DNA of 64,000 nt from Chiloscyllium plagiosum (Eukaryota): NCBI RefSeq assembly GCF_004010195.1, contig NC_057749.1, positions 10,307,387 through 10,371,386 of the forward strand, written 5' to 3'. Below, one piece after another: positions 49,894-61,022 of the stretch (its first letter is position 1; the number at the start of each line of letters is the position of its first letter). Position numbers and translations under genes: made by a program. The notes beneath the pieces are model-generated. The model did no database searches. It was not told where the DNA came from and saw only the letters and a program-made list of their open reading frames with translations.

Positions 49894-50110
49894 ACTTCTG
49901 ATCAACTGAAAAGATATGCAGGAAGATCATAATTTATCCTCGCAAAATATAATCACAGGACATTTAATTACTCATCTCTGTTTTTTTTGTATCGAATTTG
50001 TCTCATTCTTATCTCTCAATCATACATTTCCTCCTCATCTGATTTCAACACAATTCAAAATTGAAGCCTCCAAATTGTATTGACGACATTGAATGTGATC
50101 ACATGCTGTC

Positions 50111-50127
50111 CACCACTAGGTGGTGCC
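50111..50127 (+). promoter_or_regulatory. CTCF-like core motif (CCACTAGGTGGTGC)
   Basis: One mismatch to CCACYAGRKGGCRS, in non-repeat sequence. Motif match only. Confidence 0.4.
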
Positions 50128-50646
50128 ATTGTTGATATTTATTCTTCGAGGGATTGGAGGACCAACATAACTAAATTCAAGTGAAGTCTACATTCTCCTC
50201 AGTTGAGCGGTTATTTTAAAAATGATGTTCTGTAGGTTTGAAATGTTTTGCTCGACTTACCCTTGAAGAGCTCAACTAGATCGTGTTGGGCCAATGAGCT
50301 TATGTGTTGTACATGGTTCTTTGGAAGCAAAGGGGCTAATGGAACAAGTAAGATTTTCCTCAATAATTCTCATCTTCATCTGCCATTCAGACTCTGAGAA
50401 GTTGCATGGGTACTAATGTCTTGATAAATCTTTGTAGGGTCAGACAGTCATATTCTACCAAGTGAAGAACGTTGAGGGATTTGGATAGCACCAAAGGTAG
50501 ATGTATTCTTCTATGATTAAGACAGAATACTATAATGAGGTGGGAGTGGGGAAGCAATGGCCTAATGGTATTCAAAATTTGTGAGAAGATTTGTAGCTCG
50601 GGTGCTTGTTGTTGTGGTTCTGTTCGCCGAGCTGGGAATTTGTGTT

Positions 50647-50686
50647 GCAGACGTTTCGTCCCCTGTCTAGGTGACATCCTCAGTGC
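50647..50686 (-). ncRNA. Minimal type I hammerhead ribozyme motif
   Basis: gca-CTGAGGA-T-GTCACC-tagaca-GGGGAC-GAAAC-GTC-tgc, with palindromic ACGT in place of helix III. Confidence 0.7.
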
Positions 50687-51108
50687 TTGGGAGCCTCCTG
50701 TGAAGCGCTTCTGTGATCTTTCCTCCGGCATTTGTAGTGGTTTGAATCTATCGCTTCCGGTTGTCATTTCCAGCTGTCCGTTGCAGTGGTCGGTATATTG
50801 GGTCCAGGTCGATGTGCTTATTGATTGAATCTATGTATGAGTGCCATGCCTCTAGGAATTCCCTGGCTGTTCTCTGTTTGGCTTGTCCTATAATAGTAGT
50901 GTTATAGGACAAGCCAAACAGAGAACAGCCAGGGAATTCCTAGAGGCATGGCACTCATCCACAGATTCAATCAATAAGCACATCGACCTGGACCCAATAT
51001 ACCGACCACTGCAACAGACAGCTGGAACTGACAACTGGAAGCGGCAGATACAAATCACTATAAATGCCGGAGGAAACATCACAGAAGCGCTTGACAGGAG
51101 GCTCCCAA

Positions 51109-51148
51109 ACACTGAGGATGTCACCTAGACAGGGGACGAAACGTCTGC
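51109..51148 (+). ncRNA. Minimal type I hammerhead ribozyme motif, helix I weakened
   Basis: aca-CTGAGGA-T-GTCACC-tagaca-GGGGAC-GAAAC-GTC-tgc. Confidence 0.6.
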
Positions 51149-52561
51149 AACACAAATTCCCAGCTCGGCGAACAGAACCACAACAACCTAATGGTATTAT
51201 CCTGCTATGCCACAATGTGGCATTTGAATTAAAACAACGTCTCTAATTAAGAATCTAATAATGACCATGAAGCCATTGATGATGTCTAGTTCACGCTGGG
51301 GAAGGAAACTGCCATCTTTACCTGTTCTGGCCTATATGTGACTCCAGACCCACAGCAATGTGAGTCTTAACTGTGTTTGAGGCAATTAGGGATGGGTAAT
51401 AACTATTGGTCTAGCCAGTGAGGACCATGTCTTGTGAATGAATTTTTTAAAAAGTAGTAGCGTTGAATGTTGAAGGGGCTTTGGCTCGGAAACTCAGTTC
51501 CATGCGTACAATTTTCAGGCATTGAAATGGCCTGCTATGCTGCCATTATGGCAGGATTGAAAATTCTCTGCCTGCCATATTACATTGTAGACAAGCAGGA
51601 GGGTGGGAGACACAGCAAGTCAGGCAGCATCAGGAGGTGCAGGAGTCGACTTTTCGTCTATAACCCTTCGTCAGGACCCCTTGGATTCCAGCATCTGCAT
51701 TTTTTTTTAATCCCCTGCCATATTGCAATAGGTCTCTTTGTGGAGGGAGAGAGACATCCTGAACTGTGGGAAGAGTCTGAGTAAACTAGGAGCCGAACCA
51801 TGTCACTAGGATAACTGATACACAGTGTTTAAGATGAAATGGTGCAAGCGAGAGCTGCCCGGGGCAAGGAGGAGGAAGCAATATAGTGAAGGATGTGATA
51901 CAATGATTGTAGGAGAGGGATTTAAAGTGGGGCAGGGGTATGGAGGCTGCAAATGGTGATGATGTGGACAAACACCAGGAGCAGAGTGCCCTTACCTTGA
52001 TGATCCTGATGAAATCATGGAGCATTTTTGTTGCTTGGAGTATTGCCATTGGTGCAGGCATGCCAGTGTGTAGTGGTGCCAGTCCTAAGCTTGGATAGAC
52101 CTGGAGGGTTAGCAGCTGAAGGGCATTTGACTGTAAAACTATTCAACAATTTCAAATAATGGTGGATGTGAATGGATATGACCCCTATGCCAGGATGTAC
52201 TATGTAGGCAATGTTCAGGCTCCCCATCTGTGGATTGAGCAAGGGTGACCATGCAGTGGATGAGGATGACCAGTGATGGAGAAGGGTTAAATTCAATTAG
52301 CATTGTGACCCTCAAGTCAAAGGGAGGATGCTCAGAGAAGTGGTCATACCTGGAGCTGAGGCTGTTAAATGTTTGTGCGCCCTTTCCCCATCAGCAGTGG
52401 ATCTGGTACATGGAGGGTTTTCTGTCTTCAAGGGGGAAGAGGAAACGTGGTGCACTCCCAGGCTTCTAGGAGCCACGTTTCCTTTTCCCAGACTGTATAT
52501 CCCTTTAAAGGATCAGCCCAATATCTAACACCCCTCAAAAAGGCCAATGATTAAAGGTTGG

Positions 52562-52687
52562 CCTGATGAAGGGTTACACCCGAAACATTGACTTCTGCAC
52601 CCCCTGATACTGCCTGGCTTGCTGTGTTCTTCCAGCCTCCTGCCTGACTACTTTGCATTCCAGCATCTGGAGAACTTTTGTCTCTAA
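52562..52687 (+). mobile_element. PLE terminal repeat with a hammerhead-like motif
   Basis: CTGATGA-A-GGGT-tac-ACCC-GAAAC-ATT; a related inverted copy lies at 51587-51675. Confidence 0.7.
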
Positions 52688-53222
52688 CCAATGAATACCA
52701 CGGGCTGGCCTGATCACGTGTTTATTGCAGAGTAATGAACTACCTGGGGTTATGCTGATGGGCACCCAGTGCCCAATGCACCTCTCACACATCCAAACCC
52801 GACCCTATCCTTGTATATGCCCGCTTTCACATGCTGCCCAGGTCCTATGCCACACTCTCCTTTGAGAAGCTTTTGCCAACATTTCTGAGCAGGGAGAGGG
52901 CTGACCCTGGCATCGTTTTCAATGTGCCAGGATCACTTTCACAGCAAAGGTTCCCAATAGTGATTTATATTGATTTAGTGTAGGAGAGGCTTTTAAAACT
53001 GAAATCACTCAATTACCTTTCCATAAACCCCACAGCTAATAGAAGTACTTTGACTTGTTAATTAGATTGAAAAGAAGTCGATTATTTATTAATACTATCA
53101 ATAGAAATTGGGCATTGTAGGGAAACATTTGCTGTGTGTAACTATGCGTTTTTTGACAATGAAATGTGAATAATATAAAATAATGTAAACCGTGAATTAC
53201 TTAATGATGGTTGTCTCCATTG

Positions 53223-53228
53223 AATAAA
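53223..53228 (+). terminator. Candidate DUOX polyadenylation signal
   Basis: First AATAAA I find after the stop codon. It lies in AT-rich unique sequence and is followed by GT-rich sequence. ATTAAA variants occur earlier (51228, ~52550). Confidence 0.45.
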
Positions 53229-53515
53229 AAAAAATTAGACAATGTGTTGAAGTTGGGTTATTGCATATTACACTTGTTGTTGAGAGGATAGAGTCCTACA
53301 TCACAGAAACAGACCTTTCAGTTCAACTTGACCATGCCAACCAAGTTTCCCAAATTAATCTAGTCCTATTTGCCTGCATTTGTCCCATGTCTCTCTAAAC
53401 CTTTTCTATTCATTTAGCTGTCCAAATGTCTTTTAAACGTTGTCACTATACCTGCATCTCCCACTTCCTGTAGCAGTTCATTCCACAGACAAACCACCCT
53501 CTGTGTGAAAAAGTT

Positions 53516-55500
53516 AGAATGTAGAACATAGAACATAGAACAATGCAGCGTAGAACAGGACCTTCGGCCCTCAATGTTGCGCCGACCTGTGAACTATTCT
53601 CAGCTCGTCCCCCTACACTATCCCATCATCATCCATGTTCTTATCTAAGGATTGTTTAATTCTCCCTAATGTGGCTGAGTTGACTACATTAGCAGATAGG
53701 GCATTCCATGCCCTTACCACTCTCTGCATAAAAAACCTGCCTCTGACATCTGTCTTAAATCTATCACCCCTCAATTTGTAGTTATGCCCCCTCATACACG
53801 CTGACGTCATCATCCTAGGAAAAAGACTTTCACTGTCTACCCTATCTAATCCTCTGATCATCTTGTATGTCTCTATCAAATCCCCTCTTAGTCTTCTTCT
53901 TTCCAATGAGAACAGAACAGACTCCAATCCCTCAGCCTTTCCTCATAAGACCTTCCCTCCAGACCAGACAACAACCTGGTAAATCTCCTCTGCATGTTTT
54001 CCAATTCTTCCACATCCTTCCTGAAATATGGCGACCGGAACTGTACACAATATTCAAATGCAGCCGCACCAGCGTTTTGTATAGTTGCAGCATGATATTG
54101 CTGCTCCGGAACGCAATCCCTCTACCAATGAAACCTAACACACCGTCTGCCTTCATAACAGTACTATCAACTGGGGTGGCAACTTTCAGGGATCTATATC
54201 ATGGACTTCAAGATCCCTCTGCACATCCAAACTACGAACAATCTTTCCATTGGCCCAGTACTCTGCCTTCCTGTTATTTTTCCCAAAGTGAATCACCTCA
54301 CATTTATCTGCATTGAACTCCATTTGCCAACTCTCAGCCCAATTCTGCAGATAATCCAACTTCCCCTGCAACTTGCAACATTCTTCCACATTGTCCACTA
54401 CTCCACTGACTTTAGTGTCGTCTGCAAATTTACTAATCCATCCACCTATGCCTGCTCTCGAAGTCATTTATAAAAATGACAAACAGCTGTGGTCCCAAAA
54501 CAAATCCTTATGGCACACCACTAGTAACTGGACTCCAGACTGAATATTTTCCATCAACCACCACTCGCTGCCTTCTTTCAGAAAGCCAATTTCTAATCCA
54601 AACTGCTAAATTACCCTCCATCCCATGACTCTGCATTTTCTTCAACAGCTTACCATGAAGAACCTTATCAAAGGCTTTACTGAAGTCCATGTATACCACG
54701 TCAACTACTCTACCCTCATCTATATGCGTGGTCACCTTCTCAAAAAACTCAATGAGGTTTGTGAGACACGACCTGCCCTTGACGAAACCATGTTGACTAT
54801 CTGAAACCAAATTGTTGCTTGCTAGATGATTATAAATCTTATCTCTTATTATCCTTTCTAAAACCTTTCCTACAACAAACGTAAGGCTCACTGGTCTATA
54901 ATTACCTGGTCTATAATCATCTCTACTGCCATTCTTGAATGAGGGTACGACATTTGCAATCCTCCAGTACTCTGGTACCAAACCTGTAGACAATGACGAC
55001 TCAAATATCAAAGCCAAAGGCTCTGCTATCTCCTCCCTAGCTTCCCAGAGAATCCTTGGATAAATCCCATCCAGCCCAGGGGACTTATCTAATTTCACTC
55101 CTTCTAGAATTGATAACATCTCTTCGTAACTAATCTCGATCCTTTCTAGTCTAGTATTTCATATCTCATTCTTCTCCTTTACAATATTCTCCTTTTCCTG
55201 AGTGAAAACCGATGAGAAATGTTTGTTTAGTACCTCTCCGATTTCTACAGGATCCACACTCAACTTCCCACTTCTGTCTTTGACTAACCCTATTCCTATC
55301 CTAGTTATCCTTTTATTGCTCACATACCTATAGAAAGCTTTATGGTTCTCCTTTATTCTACTTGCTAAAGACTGCTCGTGTCCTCTCTTTGCTCTTCTTA
55401 ACTCTTTCTTTAAATCCTTCCGAGCTGATCTGTAACTCTCCATTGGCTCATCTGAACCATCTTGTCTCATCAACACATAAGCCTCCTTCTTCCGCTTAAC
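53516..55500 (-). mobile_element. 5'-truncated CR1 LINE (~2 kb, RT domain, frameshifted) nested in an older CR1 3' fragment (~53285-55635)
   Basis: NYRPVSLT, QHGFVKGRSCLTNL, YMDFSKAFD, SGVP and KFADDT motifs; (TTCTATG)n tail. Confidence 0.95.
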
Positions 55501-56557
55501 AACTTGCACCTCAAGTCCCTTTTAAATCTTTCTCCTCTCACCCTAAACCTATGCCCTCTAATTTTGAACTCCCCTACCCAGGGGAAAACACCTTGCTATT
55601 CACCTTGACTATGTCCCCCATGATTTTATAAAAGGTCTTTAAAGATCGCTGTAGTCAAGAAATTACTTTGTGAATGCTTAACACACAAATTTATCTTTGT
55701 CTGGTACTCCAGTGGCAGAATTAAATAGTTCAAAACCAAAGCGCTTGATAAGTACATTAAAAAAATGGACAGCTGATTCGTTTGGCAAATTAGTTACAGT
55801 GTCCATAAAACAAGTTTAAGAAACAATTCTCAAATGAAAACATTCCAAAGTAGATTTCATATGTTGCAACACCTGTTTTAAGAAATACTAGAACCAACAC
55901 AAGCAAAACAAGAATTAATAGGTGAATGATTCTTCAGATAAAAAGGTACATTTCATTTTAACAACTGCATGCAACACAGATATCTGTTATGCAATTACAA
56001 CCACCCAAATCACTTCCTATTGACATATGACACCCAATTCACTTCTAACTTTGATAAATCCATTCTGCAATATGCAGGATCTCTCATTTCCTCAATTAGT
56101 AATGACCTTGAGTTGTCTTCACTGGCAATTATTTTCCATCCAAGGTCCCTTGATAATCGCCTTGGCCTCAACGCCCAAAAGCTACTGGAATCTTATTTTC
56201 TTTTCATTGTGAAACAGCAAACTGACCTCTTCATAGAGAACTTTACTAGCTTTTCCTCATGTGAATTCTGTTCTCCTGTTATGTCTCTGGCTGCTGCCTC
56301 TACATTAGTGTGCTGATCATCCTCTCCCTCCACCTCTCTTGGTTGTGACTCTGCTTTGTGTCTCACTACACGGATTCTGTGTTGACTTCATTCAAGGTGT
56401 ACCATCTCCAGGTTGAGGGTCACTTGACTCAGTATTTCTTATTATTCAAGGAAATTGCAATTGATCGCAATAGAAACTCTTCAAAATACTTTTCAAAAAA
56501 TGTAAACAATTGCAGATTCCCTAGACATTTGAAAGTCGAGATTTTCTTTCTGATGGA

Positions 56558-56855
56558 CTGTTTCAAGGTCTCTCGTCTGGAATTGGAAAGGTTCATCCAT
56601 TCGTGGCCAATTTCCACCTTGCCCTCACTTTCACCTGGTCTACCTCTGACTCCTCCCTTCCCTTCCTCGACATCTGTTTCCATTTCTGGGTAAAGCTGGC
56701 CGCTAATATCCACTATAAACCCACCGACTCCCACAGCTACCTGGACTATACATCCTCGCACACTGCTTTTTGTAAAGACTGCATTCCATTCTCCCAGTTC
56801 CTCTGACTCTGTCTTGTATGTTCCGATGAGGCCAACTTCAACAAGGGAATCTCCA
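56558..56855 (+). mobile_element. PLE reverse transcriptase fragment
   Basis: NFH.ALTFTWS.SDSSLPFLDI...IHYKPTDSHSYLDYTSSH..CKD.IPFSQFL. Confidence 0.85.
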
Positions 56856-57639
56856 AAACGTTATTAAGTATATTTTCAGCTCTTCAATATTGACAAAGCT
56901 CATAGTGGTTCCATCTCTTATAAATTGCTTAATTGTGCTTAATGGCAATTAAATTGTCCCATTTGCAACATGCCATCGCGGATCTTTAATCTTCTTGTGC
57001 AATCGCTTAGCTCCATGTTCAGTGTACTGTCCTGCCTCAGCACTTCAGCCTCACTGTCCTGTGGTATGAGTTACGTAACTCTACAAATCGGAATTTTAAT
57101 GCACTGGGTCAGTACTGTTTCAAATGCAGCTTTTTTACACTTCAGAATCATCTAAGGATCAATGTGACTGCCTATTCTGGAAAGTGGCCCTCCAAAATAG
57201 AATGTTTTTCCCTGTTTTTACATGAAAGTGCAATCAGACCCAGGGAGTTGGCATTTTCTTTGACATAAGAGCTCTTGTGATTTAGTGGTAGTGTCCCTAC
57301 CTCTGAACCAGTAGGCCTGGCTTCAAGTACCCCACTCCAGAAACATGTCTGAACAGTTCATTTAGAAAATATCTGCAATCTTTGGCATTGTATTTTAAAT
57401 TAAAGTATGTATTTCATCTTTTCCCAGTTGTAAGATGTGCTGTAACAGATTGGACGCTTGGGCTATTAATAGCGGAAGACTACCAAACATGTATTGTTCA
57501 TTTTAGCCTCTCAATCAAGACCAACAAAAGACATTTGGTACATCTGCACATTGTGTGTGGATTTTGTAGATAAAAGGGACGCCATTGTTTATAATACACG
57601 AACAGAATGCCAAACCAACTGGTGCTTGCCGATGGTTCT

Positions 57640-57925
57640 ACTCATGGAGACATAAAGCATGGAAACAGACCCCTTGGTCCAACGAGTCCATGCCGAATGT
57701 TGTCCCAAACTAAAGTAGTCCCACCTACCTGCTCCTGGCCCATATCCTTCTAAACCTTTCCTACTCTTGTACTTATCCAAATATCTTTTAAACATTGTAA
57801 CTGTGCCCACATTCACCACTTCCTCGGGAAGTTCATTCCACACACGAACCACCCTCTGTGTAAAACATTTGCTCTTCCCACCTTTAAAATGTACTCCCAG
57901 TCTTAAAATCCCTCATCCTTGAGAA
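57640..57925 (-). mobile_element. CR1 3' fragment
   Basis: VRVWNELPEEVV motif and tail. Confidence 0.82.
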
Positions 57926-59663
57926 AATCTTACAATGCTTCTTTACTTCACTCTATCAACATAACCTGTATTAACTTTGCCCTCACATTTTTAATCTATC
58001 TTCCCCTTAAAGATATCTATGCCCTCCAGCCTCAGCTGCTCCAAGTGATAGAATGTTCTCCCTTCCAATCACTTTTCGGCCTTGACTGAATTTCCCCATT
58101 GGATTTATCAGTGAATCTATACACAGTGCATAATTCTACTCTCCACCACCATAATTCATAATAACTAAAGACAGCTATTTGCTGTAGATTAGTCAGGTTG
58201 TTAACATTTTAGGAAACCACGTCAGGGCTCAATTGTGTTTGCTTCCTGTTGATTGTAATCTATTTCAAATATATGTGCATGCTTCTAATAATGTCAACAT
58301 TTCGCTGATTGATTGCTAGACCATATTGATTCAGGTGAGGACAACTTGTGTTCCTGCTCTCAGTGACTTCAGTTTTCGTGAATGTTTCCTTTGCAAGTAC
58401 ACTGGAATCAAATGAATCAGAATTATTGCAAAATTACCAAGACAACGAGGTACTTGGGAAGAGTGGACTCATTCAGACTGTCTTGCCTGCCCCATCATTT
58501 AACATGACAATAGCTGATTGAGTACTTCAATGCCTTTTACTCAACCCTCTACACAATTGACAATCAAAAATCTACAGTGGGAATACAGGAGCAGGAGTAT
58601 ACAGGAGCAGCCCTGCTCTACCATTCAGTATGGTCACAGCTGATCATGCAAATCAGTACCTCTTGTTGTTCACTGGATATGGGCAGCATTGGCGAGGCCA
58701 GCATTTATTGCTCATTCCTTACTGCCCAGACAGTAATTAAGAGTTGATCTGTGGGTTTAGAGTCACATGCAGGCCAGATCAGGTAAGGACAGCCATTTCC
58801 TTCCTACAAAGACATTAGGTTCTTCCTGACAATGAAGAGCTATTTCATAGTCGTTATTTGACTCTTAATTCCAGTTTTTTCCATCGTTTACCATGCAGAA
58901 TTTGATCCCGAGTCCCAGAACTTGACCTGATCCTCTGGATTAATAGTCTAGCAGTAATACCACTAGGTCATCACCTCCTCCATGCTTATCCCCCACTCCC
59001 TCCCTGTAAACTTGATCCCTTTAGCCCTAAGAACTATATCCAACACCTTGGAGTCATGTTCTTTGAGTCATGCAGCAGAGAGGAGGCCTTTTAACCCATC
59101 AAGTCTGCACTGACATATCTACATGAATCCCACTTTCCAGCACTTGGCCTAGAGAATGGTCCATTCCAAGTGCTCATCCATATACTTTTGAAAGGCTGTG
59201 AGGATTCCCGCCACAACCACCCACCCAGGCACTGCATTCCACATTCCCACTAATGTTTGGGTAAAATACATTTTCCTCCAATTGTTTCTAAACCTCCTGC
59301 TCTTATCAATCTCTTCCTTATACATACTCAAAGACTGAGCCCCCAAAGCCATCAGTGGTAGAGAATTCCAAAGGTTCATAACCCTCTGAGTAAAAACAAA
59401 TTCTCCTCAACTTGGATCCAAGTGGGATTCCCCTTATATTTAAATTGTCCTCTCTGGTTCTAGATTCCCCAACCAAGGGGAAATATCTAACCAAAAGTCT
59501 ACACATTTTTAAAGTGTTGTGCAAGGTTCAATGAGATCATCTGTCATTCTTCAAAATGCGAGAGAATACACACCCAATTTGCCTAATCTCTCTTCATAGT
59601 TCCACTATCCCATGAACCTTTGTTACACTCTCTTTCTCTGGCAATAACATGTTTTCTGAGACA

Positions 59664-60159
59664 AAAACAAATTGCTGGAAAAGCTCAACAGGTCAGGCAG
59701 CATCTGTGGAGAGAAGTCAGATTTAATGTTTCGGGTCCAGTGACCTTTCCTCAGAGCTGATGGTCAAAGTTATAAATCACACAACACCAGGTTATAGTCC
59801 AACTAGTTTTCGGAGCGCTGCTCCTTCATCCTGGTATTGTGTGGTTTATAACCTTGTCCAACCCAGTCCAACACCGGCTCCTCCACATCAGAACTGATGG
59901 TCATTAGGAAAAGGTTGTCCTTTCTGTAGAAGATAGGGTGAAGGGAGGGGATAGGGAGTAAACAGTAGGTGGAGATAGAGCCCAAAGAGAGACAATAACG
60001 ATCAACCTTGGAGAATGAATAGCTGCTAATGGGCACAATTGTGGCTAACAATTGGTTGTGTGTAATAGCAGGCCATTGATAACAAGGTCTGGTGTGTAGG
60101 GGTTGGGGTAAGAATATGGGAGAAGGTGCTTCAAGCCCTAAAATTGTTGAACTCGATTC
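59664..60159 (-). mobile_element. PLE 3' end (EFNNFRA* C-terminus, 3' UTR, hammerhead-like CTGAGGA motif) with a second PLE hairpin nested at ~59767-59890
   Basis: Outer TSD-like tttctgagacaa / tttctgagataa; inner TSD-like agagctgatggtca / agaactgatggtca. Confidence 0.78.
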
Positions 60160-60725
60160 TTTCTGAGATAAGGAGGCCAAAATTACACACACCATCCAGG
60201 TACGGTCTAACTAAGGGCCCAAGTAATGGAAGCAAAATGACCAAGCTCTGGAGGTGCAGTTAAAAAGAGAGTTGTGGTCTTTTAATACACAAAATGTAAA
60301 GCAACAGGTCAACAGGCCATTTGGCCCAACTGGTCCATGCTGGTATGTATGCTCTGTGTCCTTTTGTTTACTTTATTGCAATGTCGCCTATGTCTTTATT
60401 CTTCAAGAATCATCTCAGGATGGTTCAGCTGCATTTGAATGCAGGTCTTGGAGGTGCTGGGGATGCAGGGGGAGGGCAAGGGGGAAGGGGAGAAACCTTG
60501 CGTAAGAGGGATGCTTACGAATGACTTACTCTGCCAATCCACAGGGGCATTGACATTCTCTGTTTCAATCACGTTGTTTGCACTGCAATTAGGTCACGCA
60601 CATTAGAGACGGGAAAGCGATAGGCAAATGGCAGATGATTAATTAGCTTCACAGCTAATTTGAGCTATCCTGAGGTCACAGAAGTCGTTGTACAAATACA
60701 AGTTTCTTCCTTTGAACTGATTCTG

Positions 60726-60731
60726 TTTATT
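60726..60731 (-). terminator. Candidate SORD polyadenylation signal
   Basis: AATAAA on the minus strand ~290 nt after the SORD stop codon. Confidence 0.55.
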
Positions 60732-61022
60732 TTATAAATCTCATTATTGATCGTATCAAAATGTTCACTGGAACCCAAAAACAAGACTCAAGGGGAGACT
60801 GAAGTTAAAGTTGGAGTCCAGGTGGAAACAGGAAGAAAATGGAGAATACAGCTTTAATCAAAGGAAACATTTTAAAAGTGCCAATTTAATTACAAAGCCT
60901 CCATGATTATCGACAAAACCCCCTTTCAATTGTTAACACATCGCCCCAGAGTTTGCTGCAGGCCATGAGAGTTAATGAGCCCAGGCTCACATGCTGAGGA
61001 ACCTGTAAAAGGAGTCTTCCCC

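Larger units (their letters stand above)
50573..51187 (-). mobile_element. Penelope-like retroelement: truncated 3' end with an inverted 5' copy (286-bp arms), GIY-YIG C-terminus and hammerheads
   Basis: Arms at 50608-50893 and 50902-51187; peptide REFLEAWHS....INKHIDLDPIYRPL; 12-bp TSD cctaatggtatt (50561-50572, 51187-51198). Confidence 0.88.

Noticed and set aside
49884..49901. 8-bp tandem duplication (gaacttct)x2 over the DUOX stop; possible readthrough or selenocysteine recoding
   Set aside because: The protein ends at the conserved ENF, the context is not the TGA-CTAG readthrough motif, and no SECIS was recognised.
50573..51187. MITE/foldback DNA transposon or an assembly artefact
   Set aside because: The GIY-YIG peptide, hammerheads, asymmetric tail and 12-bp TSD fit a PLE, and the diverged arms argue against an assembly fold-back.
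51786..52554. Cluster of short ORFs downstream of DUOX
   Set aside because: No recognisable domain; more consistent with decayed repeat sequence.
56429..56761. 110-aa minus-strand ORF as a novel gene
   Set aside because: Most of it is the antisense of a PLE RT fragment.
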